Below are positions 9,407 through 19,251 of a DNA stretch of 57,173 nucleotides, piece after piece. How positions within the stretch are numbered: position 1 is the stretch's first letter; each line of letters starts with the position of its first letter. The translations under genes and the position numbers were made by a program. Origin of the DNA: a virus (lineage: Duplodnaviria; Caudoviricetes); IMG/VR virus record IMGVR_UViG_3300012347_000287, positions 1 to 57,173 of that record; one strand, written 5' to 3'. The notes below the pieces were generated by a model. That model made no database searches. It was not told the DNA's origin and saw only the letters and a list, made by a program, of their open reading frames with translations.

Positions 9407-10735
9407 TTATTTGAATAAATCGGCAGTTTTGAGGAAACGTCCGCCCCATAGGGATTTCTCAACCTGTTCTGGTTGAGTTTCCTGAATGATCTCGCCTAGA
9501 TCACCAGATTTACGGAAAGCAGTATCAGCCTCTACAGCGTCAACTCTCTTTCCAAACTCATTAAATACGTCCTTGCTTGCAGTTACCTCATTCTTTACTG
9601 TGGCAATGGACTTGTGTAGTTCTGCAATCTGCTCAGCTTGTGCTTGAACAACTGCAGTTAGATCGCTAAAGGCTTTTGTAACAACGTCTTTAACATCTGC
9701 AATAGATGCCTCGAGAACGCTGTCTGACTTAGCTACAACGTCTTCAGTCTTCTCAGTGTCATCAGACTTCTTGGTCTCTTCCATGTCATCTTCTTCACCA
9801 GATGCATCATCTGATTCTTCAGGAACTGTTGAGCCAGGCTTGTCATCTTCATCAGCATCTGCTGACTTTTCTACTGATACGTCTGCAGACTCAACTGCTG
9901 TATCTGCCTCTGGAGCGACCTGTGATTCTTCAACTACATCATCAGACTTTTCTGTGATGTCATTTGTTGTTTCAGTCATAGGACCTACCTCCTTGTTAAT
10001 CTCAGTCTTAATGCCTCTAGCACTGTCAACTAAGAACTTTATCATTTCTGTTTTTTCGTTATCTGATTTTTCAACGAAACCTATATTCTGCATTGGGGCT
10101 CCTGAAGCAGGGCTAAGCTCTACCTCTTTTTCAGAAAGCATGATGATCTGTGACTCTGCATCCCAGAATACATTTTCAATTTCTGTGTTTACGCCTTCGC
10201 CCTTTACAACGTCTACGCCATCTACCTTCTCTACAGAAAGGATGTTTGCAAACTGATTTGCTGGAGTATCTACTAGAGATAGCTCTACTAAGTCATACTC
10301 TTTAATAATACGAATTGGAGAATCCATCTTCTCATCATAAGCGTCGTCCCACTTATTCATTCTACCGCCAATAGAAAAACCTGAAAGGGTTCCATCAAGA
10401 ACCTTTTCCCATGTATCCTGAGCACCCTTTGAAACGTATGCTGATACATAAACACCTGAATAGAACTTCTTTGTCTCAGGGTCGAAATACTTGTCTTCCT
10501 TAAACGCTACCATCTTGCCTACTGCTAGTGGCTGGTGCATTTCACGAATGTTACCACGGAACTTTGAGAATGCCTTTACGGATGCTTCAGAAGTAACAAT
10601 ATCCTTCTGGCGATCAACGTTGTCTAGGGTGGCAAAGCCAGAAACGATACGACGTTCCTTATCTACTTTAGAGAAGGGCATTGAGAGACGAACGTTCTCG
10701 CCTTCTGAATCCCAGTGTGCTTTTGCAATAGTCAT
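9407..10735 (-). CDS. Prohead protease with acidic scaffold-like C-terminus
   Basis: REMH, GFSIGG and ELSLVDTPAN protease motifs, followed by a D/E-rich and coiled-coil tail. Confidence 0.85.
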   Translation of the reverse strand: MTIAKAHWDSEGENVRLSMPFSKVDKERRIVSGFATLDNVDRQKDIVTSEASVKAFSKFRGNIREMHQPLAVGKMVAFKEDKYFDPETKKFYSGVYVSAYVSKGAQDTWEKVLDGTLSGFSIGGRMNKWDDAYDEKMDSPIRIIKEYDLVELSLVDTPANQFANILSVEKVDGVDVVKGEGVNTEIENVFWDAESQIIMLSEKEVELSPASGAPMQNIGFVEKSDNEKTEMIKFLVDSARGIKTEINKEVGPMTETTNDITEKSDDVVEESQVAPEADTAVESADVSVEKSADADEDDKPGSTVPEESDDASGEEDDMEETKKSDDTEKTEDVVAKSDSVLEASIADVKDVVTKAFSDLTAVVQAQAEQIAELHKSIATVKNEVTASKDVFNEFGKRVDAVEADTAFRKSGDLGEIIQETQPEQVEKSLWGGRFLKTADLFK

Positions 10736-10792
10736 GGTAGTTTAATTATACCCCCTTTTTATACAATATGTTAATAACTATGTTAATAACTT

Positions 10793-12427
10793 TTATTGTG
10801 AGGATCTTCCCTCTCCCTGAGCATTACGCCCAGCGATGGTGGCAGAATTATCTGATGAGTTATTTGCTCTCTCAGCGTCTCTAGTCTTATTCCCAGCCAT
10901 ATTACCCTTGGCGTCTGCTGCGGCTCTTGCTGTAAGCTCAAGCGGCTCGTCGCCATCTGGTCTCTGTGGCAATCCAAGAATTGTTCTTGCCTCATTAGGT
11001 ACCATGATCTGGTTCTTTACGTAACGCTCGAGAATTTGAGACTGAGCAATTTCATCTGTAAGTGTAAGCTCGTTGAACTTGAGCTCGAGAAGATCTGTCT
11101 TCTCCTTAATGATCTTGCTTAGAAGCTTTTCAATATTTCTCTGGGCTGGTCTGGCTACCTGCTCCTTAAATGTACGGTCTTGAGCCAGGGCAGCAGCAAT
11201 AGCAGAAGAATCTCCTCCACCAATCTTAGACAGTGGAACCTGGTGTGCAACTAGAATGTCATCACGGTTTCTGATTCTATACTCATTAAATGATGCCTCT
11301 TGTACACCATTCTCAATTGGCTCCATCTTAAACTCAACCTTGTTGGTGTCTGAGTCTGCTGGAAGCGGAATGTATAGAGTTCTGTGGCTTGAGCCCTTTA
11401 AGCTTGTCTGTAGAAAGCGGAACATCTTGTCTTCTGCTTCCTCAGATAGCTTGGCACCCTTTAAGGTTACAACATAACGAGGGACCGCCTTGTTTCCAAA
11501 GTAGTCAATATTGTACTGTGAGGCCAGCTGGTCTCCGTGCAGTGAAGAGATTGCAGACATAATGTCTGGAACTCCATAAAAAGTATTTAGAGGAGAGTAT
11601 TGCTTAAAGTGAATAATCTCATTTGGACGTGGATCGGTGGTTAGTGGGTTTGGATTCTTTGCCCCAAAGTTGCGGAAGTAAACTACCTTCTGGCCAATGA
11701 TCTGAACGTATCCATCACGAAGTCTACGCACACGCATAGTTGTAGATGGAATGTGTCCTAGGTAGCCGATCTCATTCTTTGTGGTTCTACCAATTTCAAG
11801 ATACCCGTTTCCAGTTGCCTGAACATCGGTATAAACCTTTTCCATTGTTAGATTAAAGGAGTCATCATCGTTGAGGCTCTCTAGCCAATCCTTTAGCTCT
11901 ACCTTTGCACGTTCGATACGCTTACGTGCCTTATCAGTGGCTGACTCATTTGTAGATGCTTCTAGTGCCATCAGAGTTCTCTGTGTTGCCTGGAACTCGT
12001 ATCCAAGACCAACAATATTTTCTACCTTAGCGTCAATGGCTGCGTGGTTAGCGAACGATGTGTCGTAATAGTTTGCTAGCTCGTAAAGGTTCCATGGTGG
12101 AGTAATGACGTCGAACATTCCATAACCATTACGGTATACAATACCAGGATTGATCTCCTTCGAGTATGCCCCGTCAATACCACGATTAGTCGCTAAAGCA
12201 CTATCCTGATATGCTGGTCTAGTTGTGTCTACGTTGTTGCCAATTGCAGAAACATCTGCCTTTGCCATTCTTTCTGATCTACGCTTAAAGTTCTTTTCTA
12301 GACCAGACAGACCCTTTAGCATGTCCCAGTTTTTAGAGAATGGATCCTGTTCTTTGAAGAGGTCCTTCTCTGACTCTATTTCTGGTAAGCCGATGTCTCT
12401 AATATAATATTCGTTTGATTCACTCAT
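10793..12427 (-). CDS. Portal protein
   Basis: GNGYLE, EIIHFK..YGVP, ILVAHQVP and PNEARTILGL portal motifs. Confidence 0.9.
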   Translation of the reverse strand: MSESNEYYIRDIGLPEIESEKDLFKEQDPFSKNWDMLKGLSGLEKNFKRRSERMAKADVSAIGNNVDTTRPAYQDSALATNRGIDGAYSKEINPGIVYRNGYGMFDVITPPWNLYELANYYDTSFANHAAIDAKVENIVGLGYEFQATQRTLMALEASTNESATDKARKRIERAKVELKDWLESLNDDDSFNLTMEKVYTDVQATGNGYLEIGRTTKNEIGYLGHIPSTTMRVRRLRDGYVQIIGQKVVYFRNFGAKNPNPLTTDPRPNEIIHFKQYSPLNTFYGVPDIMSAISSLHGDQLASQYNIDYFGNKAVPRYVVTLKGAKLSEEAEDKMFRFLQTSLKGSSHRTLYIPLPADSDTNKVEFKMEPIENGVQEASFNEYRIRNRDDILVAHQVPLSKIGGGDSSAIAAALAQDRTFKEQVARPAQRNIEKLLSKIIKEKTDLLELKFNELTLTDEIAQSQILERYVKNQIMVPNEARTILGLPQRPDGDEPLELTARAAADAKGNMAGNKTRDAERANNSSDNSATIAGRNAQGEGRSSQ

Positions 12428-12804
12428 TAGTCATCGCTTCCGTACATGGCTAATGTTTGCTTTGCAGCCATGACAGCACCAAGGTCGTTCATGTTTGGGA
12501 TAAGACCTTGCTTCATTCTGTCTAGCTGTTCGCTGTACTCTTCATCAGAGATTCTCTCCACGCCTGGCATGAACTCGTATGAGCCATCGCCCTGGCCAAG
12601 AGCCTTAGCTTCTTGTTCTAACTTACGAATCTGAAGTGCGTCACCCCTATGGGACGGAACGTTTAGTACGTTGCCATTTCCATCTGTAAAAGGCTTGCCG
12701 TTAGCCTTTTTCCAGAAGTAGATTCCCCAATCGTATTGCTTGTCCAAAACTGTAAGCTTTGATTCACCAACTTGACCAGGAACTCTAAATTTTTCAGCAT
12801 TCAT
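12427..12804 (-). CDS. Hypothetical protein translationally coupled to portal
   Basis: TAATG overlap with portal; TGGTATACT promoter just upstream of the start. Confidence 0.7.
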   Translation of the reverse strand: MNAEKFRVPGQVGESKLTVLDKQYDWGIYFWKKANGKPFTDGNGNVLNVPSHRGDALQIRKLEQEAKALGQGDGSYEFMPGVERISDEEYSEQLDRMKQGLIPNMNDLGAVMAAKQTLAMYGSDD

Positions 12805-12822
12805 AACCACTAGTATACCACA

Positions 12823-15800
12823 TTATACTGCGGAGAGTGTTTGTGTTTGCCAAGAAATATCTTTTAATATCTTATGTTGCTGATACTTTATCGTCAGAGG
12901 GGTGGTGTCGTCTACAATTATTTTGTTAGTTCCAGTATATGTCTTGTAAACATCCGATGGATCTACGCCATAATAACTTCTAGATGCCAGTACCAGAACT
13001 CCGTTCCAGATGTATGACATGTCCCAGTACTGCCAATCAAACTCCAGTGAGCCAGACTCTCTTACCTTTAGCCATGGTCTTGTAGTTACTTGCTGAACCT
13101 CTTGTAGGTTAGTAGACTGATAATGAGAAAGCATATTTACTAGGATTGGTCCAGTTATTCTAAAGGCACCGAGATAGTTGTTGAGGATTAGGGTGTTGGA
13201 AAAGCTTATTCCTAGCATGCCCCACTGCTTTATGGTAATGTTTGGATCTTTTACGATCTTCCCATTCCAGTAGAAGGCAATTCCATTCTCTAACTTTCCA
13301 GTTTTAGCATCGACCGCATAGATTCTTGCTCTCTTGCCGCTTGGGTGATTAGCTACCAGATAAAACTTTAGGAGTGAGTTTCTTGACTCAATCTGGAATA
13401 TTTCTGTTGGTGCGAATGGGAAGAAGTCTTCATCATAGCGAATGGCTAGCTGGGAGGCAATGATTTTATAGCTTGATGACAGTCCCTCATTTAATGGGAT
13501 AGATAGTCCTCTATTTACTAATGGGTCGTAGGTTCCTCGCATCTGAATCCCACTTGTTCTTGTCAGATAAAGGTACGGTGAGCTACCCTTATAGATGCTA
13601 AATGGATTTCTACTCTTGTAGTCGTAGTAAACTCCAGTCTTTTTATATGGATATATCTTAGTTCCAAATCTAGTTCCAACGCCAACTGGAGTTGTGTCAT
13701 TAAGAGCTTGGGAGGCATACTGAAGTTTTTTAATCTTAATCGGATTATACTTTAGTCCATCTACCTTAAATTCTATGTGTGTAACCAAAGCAAGCTCGCT
13801 GAAGTTTACACCAGATGGTGGATAGATTATCATGTTATCTACAACTTCATACCTGGTCCTGCTCCAGTCTTCAGACAGGCTACCAGGAATAACTATGCCG
13901 TCTTTTGGTGCAGAAACGGTGTTTGTAAAATACTCTAAAGATTCATTCGCACCACTCTTTAGATATTGAAAAGTTATGTATGTTTTTACCAAAGATGATG
14001 AGGTGTCGTACTTATAAGACTTTTCAGCCTTATTCTTTAGATCTAGGTAATCCTGATACCCCGTGAATAGTTGATTATCTAATGACTCGTAAGTTCTTTG
14101 TACTGGAACGGAATACTGTTCTTGCAGTTGCTCGTATGTCCAAGAGCCATTTGACTGTTCCTCGGTGAATCTAGATGGTGCTGGGTAGTTAATATTGAAC
14201 TGAATAAAGTCAAGATCGTATCTAGTGTCATTGTTGGCATCGGTTATATACTTAGCAAAATAACTTAATGGAATATAGTCTTCCCAGTATGAGTCTGCCA
14301 AGATATCTATTACAAAATTTCCAAAATATGACTTTGGAGATATTGTATAGCTAGCAATGTGTGGTTGAAGATTTGCTGTTGCAACTGTCGCTGGTGAACC
14401 ACCGTTATATAGCACTGACCAGAATGCTGTAGATGCTTCTCCACCATCTAGTTCTATTCCGTCAATCAGGGATGCGAAATCCTGCTCGTCTACTACAACA
14501 CCATTGCTATTAAACAGGTGGGATATTTTCTTTAAGTTTCTTTTTGTACAAAAGCCAATGTTGTAGATGTGGCCTAGGAACGTATTCTCAAAGCTTTTGT
14601 TTCCTCCAATAGATACGCTCAGCAGAGATTTCTTGCCAAAGAAAGAGGCTGTGTTGCCACCGAAATGACTAACAAATGCCTGTATGTCTAATCCAATAGA
14701 GAAGTCTTCTCCAGGATAGTGCTTTTGAGCTGTATAGATAGTTTCTTGTTGCGAGTTAAAATAAAGAACATAGTCAATTGAATCTAGTCCAAGTTTAATT
14801 TGAAAGTAGTTAGAGCTAGAAACATCGTCTATCTGAAATAGTATTTGCTCTCTATCAGCTGGCTCAAGCTCCCGAAAGACTCCGTAGAAACCCTTCACAT
14901 CTTCAGAAAGTACGCTTAGTCGATCGACCACAATATATCCCTGGGTACTGTTCCACTGTGAATTTGGGTACATTGATATAAAGGTTTCAGACATTTCTGA
15001 TTGTGCCGAAGCTATGTCGGTATCCCACTGACCTCTTGTCTTATTGTTAAATATAATTCTAGGCTCTACCAAGGTAGGAGATGATAAAATTCCATTGTCG
15101 GTAGACAGGTTCTCAACTATAGCCTGGCTCCACTTTCCAATATCTGGATAGCTGTAGCTATTAGCATAATTGGCAAAGGGATAATCTATAAACACTGAAG
15201 TTCCGCTATATGCAGTGTTGATATTTTCTGGAAACTCTACTGCCTGGCCATAAACCCATCTACGCTTTAGCATTATCTGAGATGCCCTATATGGATATAT
15301 CGCAACACAATCCACATCTATTGGAGATGCATCCTCATAGGCGTAGAATGCTATCCAGTCCTGATCATTATTCTGAGTGTTTAGTTTATCTGGAAAGTCT
15401 AGGACTTCTCCAGAAATATCTAGAGAGATAACCTCTTCGCCATTGATCAGTAGGCTTATGCTGGATCTAGAATATGTTATGTTAACAAGCATTGGTCTTT
15501 GCCATTCACCAACGAAGTAAGACCCGAACAGATTTCCGACTTTAAGAATTATTAGAGGTCCGTGGACATATATGCCATCTAGCGAAGATATTGGCCCCAA
15601 TATTCTTTTTTCTATAGTTGTATCAGAGCTTATCTTGAGCCAGGCTTCGAAGGTGTAGTCACGATATTCTCCAGACGCATTTAAAAATCCGTATCCAGGA
15701 ACTATTAGGGAGGGTCCACTATTTGGAGAAATTGTAGTTAGATTAGATGCCCCATAGACCATAGGGATACCTGTATTTTTGGCTAATAGAGCATTGTCTT

Positions 15801-16527
15801 TTACGAAGTAATACCCAGGGGATTCCTGAATGCCGTAAGCACTAGCCTCTATCACCTTGGAGGGATCTAGGGCTATGGATGATGGTAGGTCTATTTGAGT
15901 TACCCCCAAAGAGACTGAGTTAAACTCTTCTGACCATTGGCCTAGAGATAGTCCATTAACTAGAAACTTGTAGTCGTCGGTAGTTGGTGCCCCACCAACA
16001 TAATTTACTTTTAAGACTAGCCTCATTGTGCTGTTGTCTGCTGGTATGTTGAATGTTTCAGAAACAAACATCCATTTTTCAGAAATTGAAGTTTCAAACT
16101 TTTTTACTTTTTGCACATTGGCTGCAGAAACCGAGTCATAGTACTCATAGCCAATTTCTATACTTTCTAGATATGAGCTTGAAGTATAAAAGTATGCACC
16201 TATTGCAAAGGTAGCAAGGTCGGAATTTAGAGATGTAAAGTTTATCCCAGACAGTCCACCGATTGTGTCTGGACTAATGCATTCGATTTGTCCGATTGGG
16301 TCACTGGTAAGGCTACCTGTTAGCTCTGTTGTGTGACTAGAGCTGAATGGCTCATCCACTACGTTTAACTTAGTTTGTGCGGTACCGCCAGAAATTGTCC
16401 AGCCTGAAACATCTCTATCCGACTCTCTAATCAGGGAGACGTAGTCTGCTGTATCATCTAGTGCCCAAAGAGCTAGTGGGTGTTCACTAAAAATTTTTTC
16501 CGCATAGAGGTTTGATGGGCTAGACAT
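12823..16527 (-). CDS. Large minor virion/tail protein (LamG/concanavalin-like N-terminus)
   Basis: 1234 aa, beta-rich; YAEKIFSEHPLALWALDD and YTFEAWLK LamG-like motifs. Confidence 0.55.
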   Translation of the reverse strand: MSSPSNLYAEKIFSEHPLALWALDDTADYVSLIRESDRDVSGWTISGGTAQTKLNVVDEPFSSSHTTELTGSLTSDPIGQIECISPDTIGGLSGINFTSLNSDLATFAIGAYFYTSSSYLESIEIGYEYYDSVSAANVQKVKKFETSISEKWMFVSETFNIPADNSTMRLVLKVNYVGGAPTTDDYKFLVNGLSLGQWSEEFNSVSLGVTQIDLPSSIALDPSKVIEASAYGIQESPGYYFVKDNALLAKNTGIPMVYGASNLTTISPNSGPSLIVPGYGFLNASGEYRDYTFEAWLKISSDTTIEKRILGPISSLDGIYVHGPLIILKVGNLFGSYFVGEWQRPMLVNITYSRSSISLLINGEEVISLDISGEVLDFPDKLNTQNNDQDWIAFYAYEDASPIDVDCVAIYPYRASQIMLKRRWVYGQAVEFPENINTAYSGTSVFIDYPFANYANSYSYPDIGKWSQAIVENLSTDNGILSSPTLVEPRIIFNNKTRGQWDTDIASAQSEMSETFISMYPNSQWNSTQGYIVVDRLSVLSEDVKGFYGVFRELEPADREQILFQIDDVSSSNYFQIKLGLDSIDYVLYFNSQQETIYTAQKHYPGEDFSIGLDIQAFVSHFGGNTASFFGKKSLLSVSIGGNKSFENTFLGHIYNIGFCTKRNLKKISHLFNSNGVVVDEQDFASLIDGIELDGGEASTAFWSVLYNGGSPATVATANLQPHIASYTISPKSYFGNFVIDILADSYWEDYIPLSYFAKYITDANNDTRYDLDFIQFNINYPAPSRFTEEQSNGSWTYEQLQEQYSVPVQRTYESLDNQLFTGYQDYLDLKNKAEKSYKYDTSSSLVKTYITFQYLKSGANESLEYFTNTVSAPKDGIVIPGSLSEDWSRTRYEVVDNMIIYPPSGVNFSELALVTHIEFKVDGLKYNPIKIKKLQYASQALNDTTPVGVGTRFGTKIYPYKKTGVYYDYKSRNPFSIYKGSSPYLYLTRTSGIQMRGTYDPLVNRGLSIPLNEGLSSSYKIIASQLAIRYDEDFFPFAPTEIFQIESRNSLLKFYLVANHPSGKRARIYAVDAKTGKLENGIAFYWNGKIVKDPNITIKQWGMLGISFSNTLILNNYLGAFRITGPILVNMLSHYQSTNLQEVQQVTTRPWLKVRESGSLEFDWQYWDMSYIWNGVLVLASRSYYGVDPSDVYKTYTGTNKIIVDDTTPLTIKYQQHKILKDISWQTQTLSAV

Positions 16528-16546
16528 GATAGTCTATTTTACCACA

Positions 16547-17152
16547 CTAAAAGCCTTTAATTTCCCAGTTATCCCATTCAACTTCTTCGTAGGGAATTGA
16601 GTTTGGCATCCATAGCTGCCCCTCGTGACCCATCCAAGCTTCTGACATGTAAAGATCTCCATCAGATATTTCTTTAATGCCCACCTTGTTTTCTTCGCAC
16701 TCTATAAAATAAATCAAATCTCCTGGATTTGGTTTAATAGAATATCCGAGATTAGAGAAGGTTAGTTCTCCCCCATTGAAGTCATCATTCCAAAAAATCA
16801 ATGACCTGTAGGTTCTGTCTGGCTTTGTTCCGTCCAGCTGTGGATCTACAGACTTTCCGCTAGTGTACCTAGCTATATAATGCTTTGAAAACATTGGTGG
16901 AAGATATTTTTCTTTTTCTTCTAGTTGAACCAGATCATAAAGACCTTTTGAATATTTAGAAAATATATCAAGTATTTCTTTTGGCATCTCTCCACGTGTA
17001 TGAATGTCAAAACTTGCATTATATTTAGAGTATAGGTTATCGTGCAGAGGGACGTGGTCTTCTTTAGTATTAAACTTAATAGTTTTTACATAGTCCTGTA
17101 TTATCAAAACATCGTCTTTAGACATAAAGTTTTTTGCTATATGAATGCTCAC
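16547..17152 (-). CDS. 2OG-Fe(II) oxygenase-fold protein, apparently lacking catalytic residues
   Basis: FWNDDFNGGELTF...KPNPGDLIYF P4H-like motifs, but QLD replaces HxD. Confidence 0.7.
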   Translation of the reverse strand: MSIHIAKNFMSKDDVLIIQDYVKTIKFNTKEDHVPLHDNLYSKYNASFDIHTRGEMPKEILDIFSKYSKGLYDLVQLEEKEKYLPPMFSKHYIARYTSGKSVDPQLDGTKPDRTYRSLIFWNDDFNGGELTFSNLGYSIKPNPGDLIYFIECEENKVGIKEISDGDLYMSEAWMGHEGQLWMPNSIPYEEVEWDNWEIKGF

Positions 17153-17160
17153 TGTTTCTC

Positions 17161-17310
17161 CTATGTGAATGTTGGTCTAGAATGACTATTTTTATTCTTA
17201 TTGCATCTAGAGCAATAAACCATCTCCGCTTTTGAAAATGGACATACCTCTTTATGAACCTTATGCCCCACAAGAAAGCACACGAGCTTCTGCACTTTTC
17301 TGAACCTCAT
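17161..17310 (-). CDS. Small Cys/His (Zn-ribbon-like) protein, 49 aa
   Basis: Hand translation MRFRKVQKLVCFLVGHK...CPF...CSRC; TAATG coupling to the upstream gene. Confidence 0.65.
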   Translation of the reverse strand: MRFRKVQKLVCFLVGHKVHKEVCPFSKAEMVYCSRCNKNKNSHSRPTFT

Positions 17311-17972
17311 TAGTTAAGTGGTATCCAGTGCTGCTCTTGGTGCATCCCAAAAGATTTTAGTTCTTCTAGTGGAAGCACATCGTAAGCTACTGTAATTCTT
17401 GGGCCATCCCAGTTCCAGTCGCCCATTGCGTGTGGATGTCCCATTTCTGACAATACTGCACGGTTATTCTTATTAATATTTTGAACCTGCTTGTCAAAAG
17501 TTATGTAGTGTGTTACAGAGGGCTCGGCAGAAACTGAATAGTAGCCGTGGAATAGTGGTGCCCCAATAGGTCCGTGATCATGCCAGTCTAGCTTTCCATT
17601 GCCAGAATGATTAATATTGAACCATCCCTGCATCATGAATTGCTGAGAGTCGAAGTCTACCCCGTAATATTCACAGGCTTCTCTTACCATTGACGATATG
17701 CCGTCATATAGCTTTCTTATTCCATCGATGTGGAACTGGAACACATTGTATTCTCTCCACTTTATGGTAGATGCACTATTAGAAGATTCCCATAGCTCAT
17801 TCTCTCCCATTGGATCTACCCCAAAGAGTTTAGCCTGTTCGATCTTTTCATATCGATCTTGCAGCTCTTTTGTAAGCAGGTCCAGATCATTATCTAAAAA
17901 TCGCTCGAAGAATTTATGTGGTTGTTTAGATTGACTAACGCTCTTCATGTATGTGTCAAAGTCTGAATTCAT
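17310..17972 (-). CDS. Putative 2OG-Fe(II) oxygenase
   Basis: WFNIN...WHDH...HGYY...HPH...RITVAYD double-stranded beta-helix pattern. Confidence 0.7.
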   Translation of the reverse strand: MNSDFDTYMKSVSQSKQPHKFFERFLDNDLDLLTKELQDRYEKIEQAKLFGVDPMGENELWESSNSASTIKWREYNVFQFHIDGIRKLYDGISSMVREACEYYGVDFDSQQFMMQGWFNINHSGNGKLDWHDHGPIGAPLFHGYYSVSAEPSVTHYITFDKQVQNINKNNRAVLSEMGHPHAMGDWNWDGPRITVAYDVLPLEELKSFGMHQEQHWIPLN

Positions 17973-18019
17973 AACTGTAGCTCCTAAGTGTGTGTATAAA
18001 AATTATACACCATAGACGA

Positions 18020-19228
18020 CTACTTGTTGTGAGAAATTATAGATCCAGCAATGAATGTGTCGATGCCGTCAATACTTATCTGATAAACAGTAACATCAGA
18101 CTCGACAATCTCGACGCTGGTGATTTCTGTTTCTACATAAGACTTTGACTCAAAGTTGTATTCCCAGACAATATCTCCAACAGAAAGCTCTCCAGAGAAT
18201 TCCCAGGCATCCTTCTGGCCAGTCTTTCTAGCAAGTAGTGGCTGCGTTAGAGAAAAGTGCTTTCCTGCATCTCCGTTAAAGATGACCGATTTATCTACAA
18301 CCTTGCCAGAAACTGAAGAGACTTCTCCAAAGCCAATTCTCTTGCTAGTTAGGGCATCGTATTCGATTCTAGAAGAATATGGGCTAGGGGTTCCATCGAA
18401 CTCATCCCATACTGGAGAAAGAACTGCGGCCCCAACCTTTAAGTCTTTTGCCTTTACGAAAACGACTTCCCCAGCTTCTCCTGGTGTAGCTATTTCGGTA
18501 TTTTCTGCAACACATCTAAATGGTGAGAACCCAAAAGCTCCAAATGGTGAAAAGCCAAACGCTCCAAATGGGGAGAATCCGAATGCACCAAATGGTGAGA
18601 ATCCAAAAGCTCCGAATGGTGCGAACGAGAATGTGGTTGTAACAGAGTTCGATGCTGCAGAAGTGCCAGATGAACCATTTGCATTGTCTGCACGAACCGT
18701 ATATGTCTGTGCTGTACCCTGCTCTTGACCAAGATCGACAGTTGTTGACGAAGTGTTTCCAGACTTACCATCACTCGAAGCCCAGAAATAGTTGGTAATT
18801 GCTTTTCCACCGTTTGCTGGTGCAGACCAGGTAATTCTGTCTACTCCTGCCGATGGGGTTGATGCCGATGGTGCTGATGGTGTTGCAGGAACCGTAGTAG
18901 CAGTAATAGCTGTAGAAGCAGATGATGCAGCAGATGTTCCATATGCATTAGTTGCTGTTACAGTAAAAGTGTAGCTAGTTTCTGACTGTAGTCCCTGAAC
19001 AACGATTGGAGAGGATGCTCCAGTAGCCGTATATCCACCAGGAGATGATGTTACGGTGTATGAAGAGGCAGCGTTTGGGCCTTGTGCAGTAAATGCAACT
19101 GAAGCTGCCCCATTGTTAAAGGCTCTTCCAGTACCTATATCTGTGGCAGTACCAATTAATGGTGCTGCTGGAAATAGATTGTCATTCTGTGCTAGGGACT
19201 TTTTACCCACTCTTTTATTTGCTGCCAT
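18020..19228 (-). CDS. Fibronectin-III protein with PFGAFGFS repeats and C-terminal Hint domain
   Basis: Two FN3-like domains (YTFTVTATNAYG, YTVRADNANG); CVAENT...AKDLKVG...VYQISIDGIDTFIAGSIISHNK*. Confidence 0.8.
   Translation of the reverse strand: MAANKRVGKKSLAQNDNLFPAAPLIGTATDIGTGRAFNNGAASVAFTAQGPNAASSYTVTSSPGGYTATGASSPIVVQGLQSETSYTFTVTATNAYGTSAASSASTAITATTVPATPSAPSASTPSAGVDRITWSAPANGGKAITNYFWASSDGKSGNTSSTTVDLGQEQGTAQTYTVRADNANGSSGTSAASNSVTTTFSFAPFGAFGFSPFGAFGFSPFGAFGFSPFGAFGFSPFRCVAENTEIATPGEAGEVVFVKAKDLKVGAAVLSPVWDEFDGTPSPYSSRIEYDALTSKRIGFGEVSSVSGKVVDKSVIFNGDAGKHFSLTQPLLARKTGQKDAWEFSGELSVGDIVWEYNFESKSYVETEITSVEIVESDVTVYQISIDGIDTFIAGSIISHNK
18518..18631 (-). repeat. Tandem 24-nt coding repeat, (PFGAFGFS)x4
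   Basis: Identical peptide units written with synonymous codon variation. Confidence 0.95.
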
Positions 19229-19251
19229 TTAATTCAATTCCCCTTCTAGGA

